Origin: Pristiophorus japonicus
Taxonomy: Eukaryota
NCBI RefSeq assembly: GCF_044704955.1
Contig: NC_091984.1
Coordinates: 143,964,001 to 144,028,000, forward strand
Length of the DNA: 64,000 nt
Direction of reading: 5' to 3'
Made by a program: the position numbers and the translations under genes. The stretch's first letter is position 1. Every line of letters begins with the position of its first letter. Under the pieces are notes generated by a model. The model did no database searches. It had not been told where the DNA came from and saw nothing but the letters and a program-made list of their open reading frames with translations. Shown here in pieces: positions 34,408 to 48,599 of this stretch.

Positions 34408-37400
34408 CACTCTGAGAACCCCCCCGATCACCCTGGTCCCCACCGTTCCACACAAGGTCAGCCCCCGATCACCCCCCCGGTCTCCCACCCCTCACCTGTC
34501 CCTCTCTACTAACCACCCACCCCCCCAACGGGGATAATAATGGTATGCCCCCACCCCGCCCGGGACAATAACAATAATGGTATGCCCCCCACCCCCACCT
34601 CCCACCAGGACAGTAATGTTCAACCAAGCACCACGACAGATGCGAGACTGGTGGAAGAACTTCCTTCTGACTTCGGAAACATCTTCTCCTCCAGCCACTG
34701 AGGAGATTCTGCCGACTCCCCTCCCCCCCTCAACAGCAGCAGGCCTTGAGATCCCCTGCTGCAAGACGTCTTGGTCCCATTACTCGGGGAGTTAAATGGG
34801 GTGTTACTACAAGGGGGTGTCAAGGTGCAGGAGGGAAGCATGGCCGCAGGTAGGGAGGGGGAGGGGTGGTGCAATATAGTCCTTAGTTCTTGTTAAAAAT
34901 ACATTTTTTGTTGAATGTGCACAGTTGGGGATGGTGGGAGGGTGTTATGTTATTGTACGTTACAAATGTTGACGCTTCGGGGTGGAGGTGGTGGGGTTAT
35001 ATATGTTTGTACAAAACATTTTCACTTTCTTCTTTAATTATTAAACACATTAATTTAACTTTACAATTGTCCTGAAGTGTCTTCTTATAACATTAGTACA
35101 AAGGTTGGGAACAATGGCCAGGCCAGCCCAGGCCAGACAAGGATGAAACGTAACTGTCACCAATATAAGTTCACGCAAAACGTTCATTTATTAGCTGCTG
35201 ACACAAGAGGTTTGCAGCTGCGTAACTTCCACGGGGCTTTTCCAGTGTTGTGGGGGGCGGCGTGGGGGCATGGGTTCATTGCCAGGTTGATTGTCCTCCT
35301 CCTCCTCCTCGTCCTCCTCCTCCTCGTCCTTCTCTTCAGCCTCTCCTCTCTCCTGAGGTGGACCGGCGGTCACATCTGGCAATTGTTGTCCTCCTCTTAT
35401 AGCTAGGTTATGCAACATGCAGCACACCACAATAAACTCAGTGACCTGCTCATGGTGGTATTGTAGGCTGCCACCTGAATGGTCCAGGCATCTGAAGCGT
35501 TGCTTAAGCATCCCAATTGTCTTTTCGATGATATTGCGTGATTACCTGTCGCAATATGGCTTTCATTGAAGCGCTTCTCGGCTTCTCTCTGGGGATTACG
35601 CAAGGGGCTCATGAGCCAGCTGGCAAGGCCATATCCTTTATCCCCCAGCATCCAACCGTGACCTTGTGGCTGACTCTTAAACAGGTCAGAGACAGTGTTC
35701 TCACACAAGAAATGCACATCATATATGCTCCCTGGAAAATTAGCATTTACTGCCAGAATTATTTGTTTGTGGTGGACAACGAGCTGCACATTCAGGGAGT
35801 GGAATCCCTTTCGGTTTTAAACAGCTCTTCATTCTGTAAAGTTGCTCTCAGGGCGATGTGCGTACAGTCTATTGCTCCCTGCACCTTGGGGAAGTTTGCT
35901 ATTCTCGAGAACTCCAAAGCCCTCTCAGTCTGTGCCTCCCTGGTCATAGGGAAGCTTATAAAGTCACCTGTCGAATGCAACAATGTGTGGCATGCTAAGA
36001 GATACCGCAAATGTCGCCTTCAGAGGCCTGAAAGGAGCCCAATGCGTCGAAGGAAAGTGCCGCAGTAACCTTAACCTCAACAGGCAGTGCAGTCCTGATG
36101 GTGCTGGTAGGCTGCAGATCTCCCTTAATTAACTGGCATATCTCACTGATGACCTCCTTTCAGAAGCACAGCCTCCCAATGCACGTGTAATTGGACAGAG
36201 CCGGGTACGATCGCTTATCAGTGTATATGCATTGGGTATAACGTCTCCTCCGGTTAGTCTGACATCAGTAGAGGGGAAAATGTTGAAGTCAATTATTAAG
36301 GATAAAATAGCAGTGCATTTGAAGAGCAGTGACAGGATCGGTCCAAGTCAGCATGGATTTGTGAAAGGGAAATCATGCTTGACTAATCTTCTGGAATTTT
36401 TTGAGGATGTAACTAGTAGAGTGGACAAGGGAGAACCAGTGGATGTGGTGAATTTGGACTTTCAAGAGGCATTTAACTAGTCCCACATAAGAGATTGGTG
36501 TGCAAAATCAAAGCGCATGGTATTGGGGGTAATGTACTGGCGTGGATAGAGAATTGGTTGGCAGACAGGAAGCATTGGTTGCCGAGTCGGGATAAACGGG
36601 TCCTTTTCGGAATGGGAGGCAGTGACTAGTGGAGTGCCACAAATTCACAAATTGATTCTCCTCACAAGTACCTGAAGCAGCCTTTCAGTACAGATCCTCC
36701 GAGTCACAAAATGACGTCCGTAGTGCCGAGTACTGCCGACTAGTGCCGACTTTAGGTCAGGTGATGCAGCTTTTCTTCAGTGACTTTTTTGGCCAGCAAT
36801 CATTTCGGCGACGTATGGGCGAAATGCCGAAAGTTGCGGTCGGCGATAATCTGAGCGATAATCTGGCGCAAGTTTCCATTTTCAGCCCAATTTTTGGCCT
36901 TGCATGCAGATGATGTAATTTTTTTTTAAAATTAGGCCGGGCGATGCAGCACATTCATGTGTGCCAAAAGTTGGACCAGCAACAAATGGGCGATAATTGG
37001 GCGCTAGTTTCAACTTTTTAGCAAATATGGGCGATAGCCTGAATCTTTGCGCTTATATGGGCGATTAATGGTCGCTAAATGGGCGATCAATGGGCGACAA
37101 ATGAGCGATCAATGGTCAATAAATTGCCGATCAATGATCGATAAATGGGCAATCAATGGGCGATAAATGGGCGATCAGTGGGCGATAAATGAGTGATAAC
37201 TGGGTGATAACTGGTCGATCAATGGGCAATAAATGGCCAATAAATGAGCGATAACTAGGCGATAACTGGGCGCTCAATGGGCGATCAATGGGCGATAACT
37301 GGGCAATAAATGGGCGATCAATGGGCGATCAATGGGTGATCAATGGGCGATCAATGGGCGATAACTGGGCAATAAATGGGCAATAACTGGGCGATCAATG

Positions 37401-37603
37401 GGCGATAACTGGGCGATCAATGGGCGATCAATGGGCGATCAATGGGCGATAACTGGGCGATCAATGGGCGATCAATGGGTGATCAATGGGCGATAACTGG
37501 GCGATCAATGGGCGATCAATGGGTGATCAATGGGCGATCAATGGGCGATCAATGGGCGATCAATGGGTGATCAATGGGCCATGATGTGCTGAACGTCTAG
37601 CCC
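34408..37603 (-). mobile_element. PIF/Harbinger DNA transposon remnant, with nested CR1 (about 36250-36640); left boundary uncertain
   Basis: FPKVQGAIDCTHI, FPGSIYD, GWMLGDKGY, LKQRFRCLD, CCMLHN (HARBI1-like DDE, frameshifted); GGGCTAG terminus at 37603. Confidence 0.8.
37020..37580. repeat. 11/12-bp tandem array (tgggcgatcaa / tgggcgataac)
   Basis: Directly visible, subterminal in the Harbinger element. Confidence 0.95.
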
Positions 37604-37609
37604 ATAGAG

Positions 37610-40600
37610 TCTTTAACATAGTAAAACATCCCAAGGCACTTCATAGGGGTGTTATAAGACAAAAAATATGAATTTATGGCAGATGACAAAAAGCTTGCTC
37701 AAAGAGGTAGGTTTTAAGGCATGTTTTAAAGGAGGAGGAGAGAGATAGAGAGGTGGAGAGGTTTAAGGAGGGAGTTCTAGAGCTTGGGGCCGAAGCAGCT
37801 GGAGGCACATAGATCAAGAACCCCACAGATTCCTCGATACTGCACCATTCTGTAATCTCTCTCCATTTCAAGAATTTGCTTTTAATTTTTCCTCCCAAAG
37901 TGGATAACCTCACATTTTCCCACAATATACTTCATCAGCCAAATTTTTGCCCACTCACAGCCTATTTACATAACAACATAAGAAATAGGAGCAGGAGTAG
38001 GCCATACGGCCCCTCGAGCCTGCTCCGCCATTTAATAAGGTCATGGCTGATCCGATCATGGACTCAGGTCCACTTCCCTGCCCACTTCACATAACGCCTT
38101 TGTTGTGTATGAATAAGGAGTCTGACTGGATTCTGTGAGCTCAAAGTAAAGTGCGACCTTAGTCTTTTATTGCAGGTCTCCAGAGTGTCTCTCCAGCCTG
38201 TGAGGCCTCCTTAAGTACCTGTGCTCCCAAGGGATTGTATGATGAGCTCTCTGGTGGTTACACAAGGTATATACAGGTTTACATATATAACACCCTTATT
38301 CCCTTATCAGTTAAGTAACTGTCTATCTCTTTCTTAAATTTATTCAATGACCAGCATCCACAGCTCTCTGAGGCAGTGAATTCCGCAGATTTACAACCCT
38401 CATTGTGATTGTGATTGTGATTGTGTTAAGTTCGTCCCAACCATCCACTATTCACTGTTGGGATATTATTTGTGTCCACTACCGTAAAGACTGACACAAA
38501 ATATTTGTTCAGAGTTCCTGCCATCTCCATGTTCCCCATCATTAATTCCCCGGTCTCTTCCTCTCAGGGACCAACATTTATTTTAGCCACTCTTTTCCTT
38601 TTTATATACGTATAGAAACTCTTGCTATCTGTTTTTATATTTCGTGCTAGTTTACTTTCATCAACTATGTTCACTTTCTTAATCATTTTTTAAGTCATTC
38701 TTTGTTGGCTTTTAAAAGCTTCCCAATCTTCTGTCCTCCCACTAGTTTTGGTCACCTTGTATGCCCTTGTTTTTAATTGGATACCATCCTTTATTTCTTT
38801 AGTTAGCTATGGATGGCTATCTTTTTTTTTCACCCTTTACAATCACTGGAAAATATTTTTCTTGAGAGTTATTAAAATATCTCCTTAAATGTACGTCACT
38901 GTTCATCAACCGTCCTAAACTTTAATCTATTTTCCCAGTCCACTTTAACCAACTCTGCCCTCATACCTTTGTAGTCTCCTTTATTTAAGCTTTGCACGCT
39001 GGCTTGAGATTCAACTTTCTTGCCCTCCATCTGAATTTGAAATTCAATCATGCTATGATCACTCAGTCCAAGGGGATCCTTTACTGGGAGATTGTTTATT
39101 AATACTGTCTCATTATACAGGACCAGATCTAAGATAGCCTGCCCCCTGGTTGGTTCCTTTACATACTGCTCAAGGAACCCATTCCTTATGCACTCTACGA
39201 ACTCCTCCTCAAGTCTATCCTGACCATTTTGATTTGTTCAATCAATGTGGAGGTTAAAATCACCCATAATTATTGCTGTTCCCTTTTTACAAACCCTCAC
39301 TATTTCTTGGTTTATACTCTGACCATCAGAGTTGCTACTGTTCGGGGGCCTATAGACTATGCCCACCAGTGACTTTTCCCCCTTATTATTCCTTATCTCC
39401 ACACAAACTGTTTAAACATCCTGATCATTTGAGCCAATATCATTTCTCACTATTGCAGTGATTCCATCCTTTATCAACAGAGGTACCCCACCTGCTTTTA
39501 CTTTCTGCCTGTCCTTCTGAATTGTCAAGTACCCCTGAATATTTAGTTCCAAGTTTTGGTCACCTTGCAACCACGTCGCTGTTGTGGCTATCAGATCATA
39601 CCCATTTGTAACTATTTGTGCTGACAGCTCATCTGTTTTGTTACGAATGCTGTGTTTCAGATAAAGAGCTTTTAAATGTGTTTTCATATCATTTTCTCCT
39701 CCTATGGTCCCAGTTTCTGATACACTCTTTTGTTTCTATATTCTGTCCCTTCCTGTCACGCACTGGTTTTTGTTTCTCCCAATGCTACCCTGCTCTATTG
39801 CCTTGTTCTTTGAGCTTTTAGGTTTCTGCTCACCTGAACCCTCCCCGCTATGTATAGCCCTTTGCAGATTCTTTGCGTCCTCCTCACAAATTGCTTTCCC
39901 AACTATCTTTGTATCATCAGCAAATTTCGCTACATAACACTTAGTCCCTTCATCCAAGTCATTAATATAGATTGTAAATAGTTGAGGCCCCAGCATCGAT
40001 CCCTGTGGCAGCCCACTAGTTACCATTTTCCAACCTGAAAATGGCCCATTTATCCCGATTCTCAGTTATCTGTTAGTTAGCCAATCCTCTATCGATGCTA
40101 ATATATCACCCCCAACCCCGTGTGTTCTTATCTTGTGCAGTAATCTTTTATGTGGCACGTTAACGAATGCCTTCTGGAAATCCAAATACACAACATCTAC
40201 TGGTTCCCCTTTATCCACCCTGCTCGTTACATCCTCAAAGAACTCCAGCAAATGTGTCAAACATGATTTCCCTTTCATAAAACCATGCTGACTCTGATTG
40301 ACTGTATTATGATTTTCTAAATGTCCTGCTACTACTTCCTTAATAATGGACTCCAGCATTTTCCCCAATGACAGATGTTACGCTAACTGGTCTATAGTTT
40401 CCTGCTTTCTGTCTCCCTCGTTTCTTAAATAGGGGCGTTACATTTGCCATTTTCTAATCCGCTGGGACCTCCAGAATCCAGGGAATTTTAGTAGATTACA
40501 ACCAAGGCATCCACTATCTCTGCAGTTACTTCTTTAAAGACCCTAGGATGCCATCAGGTCAAGGGGACTTGTCCATCTTTAGTCCCATTTGTTTGCCGAG

Positions 40601-43600
40601 TACTTTTTCTCCAGTGACAGTGATTGTTTTAAGAACATATGAACATAAGAAATAGGATTAGGATTAGTCCATTTGGCCCCTCGAGTCTGCTCCACCATTT
40701 AATAAGATCATGGCTGATCTGATCATGGATGCTCCCCATAACCTTTTATTCCCTTATCGCTCAAAAATCTGTCTATTTCCGCCTTAAATATATTCAATGA
40801 CCCAGCCTCCACAGCTCTCTGTGGCAGAAAATTCCACAGATTTGCAACCCTCTGAGAGAAAAAATTTCTCCACATCTCAGTTTTAAATGGGCAGCTCCTT
40901 ATTCTAAGACTATGTCCCCTAGTTTTAGTTTCCCCTATGAGTGAAAATATCTTTTCTGCATCCACCTTGTCGAGTCCCCTCATTATTTTATATGTTTCAA
41001 TAAGAATCCTCTCATTCTTCTGAACTCCAATGAGTATCGGCCCAACTTACTCAACCTATCTTCATGTCAACCCCCTCATCTCTGGAATCAACCTAGTGAA
41101 CCTTCTCTGAAATGCCTGCAATGCAAGTATGTCCTTCCTTAAATACAGAGACCAAAACTGCATGCAGTATTCGAGGTGTGGTCTCACAGTTGTAGCAGAA
41201 CTTTTCTGCTTTTATACTCTATTCCCCTTGCAATGATTTGCCTTCCTGATTAAGTTCGCCCCTCTCAAAAGCCCCTTGATTATCAATTATTCGGATGTTT
41301 CTAGTGTTTTCTACCATGAAGACCAAGACAAAATATTTGTTGAAAGTTTCTGCAATTTCCCTGTTCCCCATTATTAATTCCTCAGTCTCATCCTCTAAAG
41401 GACCAACGTTTACTTTAACTACTCTCTTCCTTTTTATATACCTGTATAAGTTCTTATTGTCTGTTTTTATATTTCTTGCTAGTTTACTCTCATAAACTGT
41501 CTTCTCTCTGTTATTTTTTTTGTTGTCCTTTGCTGGTTTCAAAAAATTTCCCAATCCTCTGGCTTTCCATTATTCTTCGCAACATTGCATGCTTTTGTTT
41601 TTAATTTGACACCATACTTTCCTTCCTGAGTTAGCCATGGATGGTTCATCCTTCTCTTAGAGTCTTTCTTTCTCACTGGAATATATCTTTGCTGAGAGTT
41701 ATGAAATATCTCCTTAAATATTTGCCAGTGCTTCTTTACTGTCTTACACTTTAAAATATTTTCCCAGTCTACTTTAGCCAACTCTGCCTTCATACCTTTG
41801 TAATTCCCTTTATTTAAGTTCAGGACCCTAGTTTGAGACTAAGGTTTCTCACCCTCAAAATGAATTTGAAATTCTACCATGCTATGATCACTCTTCCCAA
41901 GAGGATCCTTTACTTTGCCTTCTCCTCCTTCTTAAGCAGTCCTTCGGTGTTGAGGATGACTTGCTTCCACAATAATATGTGTTCTCAGGTGACTGATGAG
42001 TCCAGTGTGGGACCAACAGTCTTTGTCACAAGTGGGGCAGATGGTGGTTAAAGGGATGGGTGGGGCGGGTGCTTGGGTTGTCATGCACTCCTTCTGCTGT
42101 TAGCGCTTGGTTTCCGTTTGCTCCCAGCGAAGAAACTCGAGGTGTTCGGTACCTTCCCGAATGTCTCCTCCACTTTGAGCAGTCTTGGGACCGAGATTTC
42201 CAAATGTCGGTGGGGATGTTACAACATTTCAAGGAGGCTTTGAGGGTGTCCTTGAAGCATACTGTCTGCTCACCTGCGGTTTGCTTGCCATGTTGGAGAT
42301 CTGAGTAGAGTGCTTGTTTTGGGCGTCTAGTGTCAGGCATGCGGACGATGTGGCCCAACCATCGGAGCTGATTGAGCGTGGACAGTGCTTCGATGTTGGG
42401 GATGTTGACCTGAGTGAAAACACTAATGTCGATGCGCCTATCCTGCCAATGGATTTGCAGGATCTTGCGGAGGCAGCGTTGGTGGTACTTCTCCAGTGGT
42501 TTGAGGTGCTTGCTGTATATAGTCCATGTATCTGAAGCATATAGGAGAGCGGGATCACTACTGCCCTGTAGACCATGAGCTTGGTTCCGGCTATGAGGTC
42601 CTGGTCTTCAAACATTCCCTTCCTCAGGCGACCGAAGGCTGCACTGGCACATTGAAGGCGGTGTTAGACTTCATCATCGTTGTTTGCCCTTGTTGACAGT
42701 AGGCTCCCGAGGTATGGAACATGGTCCACATTGTCCAAAGCCTCATCATGGATTTCGATAATCGGGGAGCAGTACTGTATGACGGGGGCAGGTTGGTAGA
42801 GGACCTTAATCTTACGGATGTTTAATGTAAGACCCATACTCTCGTACACTTCGGTGAAAGTGTTGCTGATGGCTTGAAGTTCAACTATGATATAATTAAT
42901 TAATCCAGTCTCATTACACATTACCAGATCTAAAATAGCCTGATCCCTGATTGGTTCCACAATGCATTGTTCTAAAAAACCATCCCGAATACACTCGATG
43001 AATTCTTCTTCAAGGCTCCCTTTGCCAATTTGATTTGTCCAATCAATATGAAGATTGAAATCACCGATGATTGTTGCTGTACCTTTCTTACAAGCCTCCA
43101 TTAATTCTTGATTTATGCTTGGTGCTACAGTGTACTACTGTAAGGGAGCCTATAGACTACTCCCACCAGTTACTTTTTCCCTTTAATTTTTTATCCCTAC
43201 CCAAACTGACTCTACATCTTGATCTTCTGAGCCAATATCATTTCTCACTACTGCACTGATCTCATCCTTTATTAACCCCACCTCCTTTTCCTTTCTGCTT
43301 ATCCTTCCGAAATGGCAAATAACCCTGAATATTCAGTTCCCAGCTTTGGTCACCTTGCAACCACGTCTCTGTAATGGCTATCAGATGTATCCCCATGTAT
43401 TTCTATTTGTGCCGTCAACTCATCTATTTTGCTATGCATGCTGCATGCATTCAGATAAAGAGCTTTTAATTTTGTCTTTTTACCATTTTCCCTACTCTGA
43501 CCCAACTTTCTGATGCACTTATGTTTATATGCTCTATCCCTTCCTGTCAAGCTTTGGTTATCATTCTCCCTTCAGGTATTTATCCAATTCCCTTTTGGAG

Positions 43601-46600
43601 GTTACTATTGAATCCGTTTCCACCACCCGATTGGGCAATGTTCCCGTTAAGCTGCGTGGCCATGGTCTGGTCTGGAGGTCCCGCCCAGGCTGCTTGCTGG
43701 CTTTTAAATGGAAAAACTGCGCATGCGCGATTATTTGGGCCGCAACCCAGAAAAATGTAAGCTGGAACATTGCTATCAGGCATTGCTTTCCAAATCCCAA
43801 CCACTCGGTGCGTAAAAAAAGTTTTCCCTCATATCGCCTCTGGTTCTTTTGCCAGTTAACTTAAATCTGTGCCCTCTGGTTATCAACCCTTCCGCCATTG
43901 CAAACAGTTTCTCTTTATTTACTCCATCTAAGCCCTTCATGTTTCAACCAATCTTCTCATAGCCTTCTCTGCTCTGAGGAGAACAACCCCAACTTCTCCA
44001 GTCTATCCCCGTAACTGTAATCCCTCATCCCTGGAACCATTGTAGTAAATCTCTTCTGTACCCTCTCCAATACCATCACTTCCTTCCTAAGGTGTGGTGC
44101 CCAGAATTGGACACAATACTCCAGCTGTGTCCATGTTGCTCCTGACCCCTTTATCCCATCAGCTTCAATTTTGTTAACTTGCCTAATATGTGGTACTTTA
44201 TCAAATGTTTGAAAGTCCAAAAACACATTGTAAGAACATCAGAAATAGGAGCAGGAGTAGGCCATACAGCCCCTCAAGCCTGCTCCGCCATTTAATATGA
44301 TCATGGCTGATCCGATCATGGATTCAGCTCCACTTCTCTGCCCGTTCTCCATAACCCCTTATCCCCTTATCTTTTCAGAAACTGTCTATTTCTGTCTGAA
44401 ATTTATTCAATGTCCCAGCTTCCACAGCTTTCTGAGGCAGTGAATTCCACAGATTTACAACCTTCTGAGAGAAAAAATTTCTCCTCATCTCAGTTTAAAA
44501 TTGGCGGCCCCTTATTCTAATTCGCTCTCTCGTTCTAGTCTCCCCCATGAGTGGAAACATGCTCTCTGCATCCACCTTGTCGAGCCCCCTCATAACCTTG
44601 TACGTTTCGATAAGATCACCTCTCATTCTTTTGAATTTCAATGACTAGAGGCCCAACCTACTCAACCTTTCCTCATAAATCAACTTCCTCATCTCTGGAA
44701 TCAATCTAGTGAACCTTCTCTGAACTGCCTCCAAAGCAAGTATATCTTTTCGTAAATATGGAAACCAAAACTGCACACAGTATTCCAGGCCTCACCAATA
44801 CCCTGTAAAACTTTAGCAAGACTTCCCTGCTTTTGTACTCCATTGCCTTTGCATTAAAGGCCAAGATTCCATTGGCCTTCCTGATCACTTGCTGTACCTG
44901 CATACTATCCTTTTGTGTTTCATGCATAAGTATCCCCAGGTCCCGCTGTATTGCAGCACTATGCAATCTTTCTCCATTTAAATAATAACTTGCTCTTTGA
45001 TTTTTTTCAGCCAAAGTGCATGATCTCACATTTTCCAACATTATTCTCCATCTGCCAAATTTTTGCCCACTCACTTAGCCTGTCTGAGTTCTTTTGCAGA
45101 TTTTTGTGTCCTCCTCACACATTTCTTTTCCTCCCATCTTTGTATTGTCAGCAAACTGGCTATGTTACACTCAGTCCCTTCTTCCAAGTCGTTAATATGG
45201 ATTGTAAATAGTTGGGGTCCCAGCACTGATCCCTGCGGCACCCCACTAGTTACTGATTGCCAATCCGAGAATTAACCATTTATCCCAACCCTCTGTTTTC
45301 TTTTAGTTAGCCAATCCTCTAACCATGCTAATACATTACTTCCAACCCCGTGAAACATAGAAACATAGAAACATAGAAAATAGGTGCAGGAGTAGGCCAT
45401 TCGGCCCTTCGAGCCTGCACTGCCATTCAATAAGATCATGGCTGATCATTCCCTCAGTACCTCTTTTCTTCTTTCTCTCCATCCCCCTTGATCCCCTTAG
45501 CCGTAAGGGCCATATCTAACTCCATCTTGAATATATCCAATGAACTGGCGTCAACAACTCTCTGCGGCAGGGAATTCCATAGATTAACAACTCTCTGAGT
45601 GAAGAAGTTTCTTCTCATCTCAGACCTAAATGGCCTACCCCTTATCCTAAGACTATGTCCCCTGATTCTAGACTTCCCCAACATCGGGAACATTCTTCCC
45701 GCATCTAACCTGTCCAGTCCCGTTAGAATCTTATACGTTTCTATGAGATACCCTCTCATCCTTCTAAACTCCAGTGAATAAAGGCCCAGTTGATCCAGTC
45801 TCTCCTGATATGACAGTCCAGCCATCCTTGGAATCAGTTTGGTGAACCTTCGCTGCACTCCCTCAATAGCAAGAACGTCCTTCCTCAGATTAGGAGATCA
45901 AAACTGAACACAATATTTCAGGTGTGGCCTCACTAAGGACCTGTACAACTGCAGTAAGACCTCCCTGCTCCTATACTCAAATCCCCTAGCTATGAATGCC
46001 AACATACCATTTGCCTTCTTCACCGCCTGCTGTACCTACATGCCCACTTTCAGTGACTGATGAACTATGACACCCAGGTCTCGTTGCACCTCCCCTTTTC
46101 TTAATCTGACGCCATTCCGGTAATATTCTGCCTTTGTGATTTTGCCCCCAAAATGGATAACCTCACATTTATCTACATTATACTGCATCTGCCATGCATT
46201 TGTCCACTTACCTAACCTGTCCAAGTCACCCTGCAGCCTCTTAGCGTCTTCCTCACAGCTCACACAACCACCCAGTTTAGTGTAATCCGCAAACTTGGAG
46301 ATATTACACGCAATTTCTTCATCTAAATCGTTAATGTATATTGTAAAGAGCTGGGGTCCCAGCACTGAACCCTGCGGCACTCCACTAGTCACTGCCTGCC
46401 ATTCTGAAAAGGACCCGTTTATCCCGACTCTCTGCTTCCTGTCTGCCAACCAGTTCTCTATCCACGTCAGTACATTACCCCCAATACCATGCCCTTTGAT
46501 TTTGCACACCAATCTCTTGTGCGGAACCTTGTCAATAGCCTTTTGAATGTCCAAATACACCACATCCACTGGTTCTCCCTTCTCCACTCTGCTAGTTACA

Positions 46601-48560
46601 TCCGCAAAAAATTTCAGAAGATTTGTCAAGCATGATTTCCCTTTCACAAATCCATGCTGACTTGGTCTGATCCTGTCATTGCTTTCCAACTGCTTTGCTA
46701 TTTCATCCTTAATAATTGATTCCAACATTTACCCGACCACTGATGTCAGGCTAACCAGTCGATAATTACCCGTTTTCTCTCTCCCTCCTTTTGTAAAAAG
46801 TGGTGTTACATTAGCTACCCTCCAGTCCATAGGAATCTTGTGCAGTAACCTTTTATGTGGCAGCTCATGGGCTCACATTAAAGCACATGGTGTTGGGGGT
46901 AATGTACTGACTTGGATAGAGAACTGGTTGGCAGACAGGAAGCAGAGAGTCGGGATTAACGGGTCCTTTTCAGAATGGCAGGCAGTGACTAGTAGAGTGC
47001 CGCAGGGCTCAGTGCTGGGACCCCAGCTCTTTACAATATATATTAATGATTTAGATGATGGAATTGAGTGTAATATGTCCAAGTTTGCAGATGACACTAA
47101 ACTGGGTGTCGGTATGTGCTGTGAGGAGGACACTAAAAGTGATTTGGACAGGTTAGGCGAGTGGGCAAATACATGGCAGATGCAGTATAATGTGGATAAA
47201 TGTGAGGTTATCCATTTTGGGGGCAAAAACACAAAGGCAGAATATTATCTGAATGGCGGCAGATTAGGAAAAGGGGAGGTGCAATGAGACCTGGGTGTCA
47301 TGGTTCATCAGTCATTGACGGTTGGCAGGCACGTACAGCAGGCGGTGAAGAAGGCAAATGGTATGTTGGCCTTCATAGCAAGGGGATTTGAGTACAAGAG
47401 CAGGGAAGTCTTACTGCAGTTGTACAGGGCCTTGGTGAGGCCTCACCTGGAATATTGTGTTCAGTTTTGGTCTCCTTATCTGAGGAAGGACGTTCTTGCT
47501 ATTGAGGGAGTGCAGCGAAGGTTCACCAGACTGATTCCAGGGATGGCTGGACTGACATATGAGGAGAGATTGGATCAACTGAGCCTTTATACACTGGAGT
47601 TTAGAAGGATGAGAGGGGAGCTCATAGAAACATACAAGATTCTGACTGAACTGTACAGATTAGATGCAGGAAAAGTGTTTCCACTGTTGAGGAAGTCCAG
47701 ATTCAGGGAACACAGTCTCAGGATAAGGGGCAGGCCATTTCGGAAGGAGGTGAGGAGAAACTTCTTCACTCAGAGAGTTGTTAACCTGTGGAATTCCCTG
47801 CCACAGAGAGATGTTGTTCATTGGATATGTTCAAGAGGGAGTTAGATATGGCCCTTGCAGCTAAAGGGATCAAGGGGTATGGAGAGAAAGCAGGAAAGGG
47901 GTACTGAAAAAATGATCAGCCATGTTCTTATTGAATGGTGGTGCGGGCTCGAAGGGCCTATTCCTGCACCTATTTTCAATGTTTCTATGTTTCTATCCTC
48001 ATCCACCCTCTGTTACCTCATCAAAAAATGCAATCAAGTTAGTCACATGATTTGCCCATAACCACTAGGTGCTGCCTCTCCGTTATTGGTCCGTGCTTAT
48101 CCACATGGCTGCTCATTTTCTCGCGGATTATTGTCCTTGAAGCTCCCTCACCATAATGTTAAACTGACCGGCCTGTCATTGGCAGCTTTATCCCTCTCCC
48201 CTTTTTTGAACAAGGGTGTAATATTTACAATCCTCAGTCCCCTGGCCCCTGTATCTAATGAGGATTGGACGATTGTGGTCCGCCACTCTGCACTTTCTAC
48301 CTTTCCCTCAGTATCCGAGGATGGCTCCTGTCCGCACCGGGTCACTTATCCACTTTAATTATTTCCATCCTTTCCAGTACCTCCTCTTTATCTACTTTTA
48401 TCATCCAGTATCCCAACAGCCTCCTCGTTTACTGTAGTTTGGACAAAGTCCCCTTCCTTGGTAAACACTGGTGCACAGCATCATTCAGTACCTCAGCGAT
48501 ACCTTCTGCCTCCACCAATCGATCTGTATTGTGCTCCCTAATCGGCCCCACTGCACCTCT
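37610..48560. mobile_element. Dense nest of CR1 copies (mostly minus; + copy about 46870-47995), an L2 tail, an RTE fragment (about 41915-42885, minus) and a small MITE (about 43634-43774)
   Basis: Repeated RT/endonuclease motifs in ORF track; RTE motifs HVPYLGSLLS, TKLMVYRAVV, GHIVRMPD; MITE ends gcaatgttcc / ggaacattgc. Confidence 0.85.
38101..38292 (-). mobile_element. Gypsy-type solo LTR
   Basis: TG...CA, flanked by gcctt/ccctt, similar to LTR at 60557-60779. Confidence 0.8.
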
Positions 48561-48599
48561 GACAACCCTTTCACTGTTAATATGCCGATCGCCGTCCCG

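Noticed and set aside
35191-36010. Domesticated HARBI1 gene
   Set aside because: Frameshifted across three frames with stops; transposon remnant.
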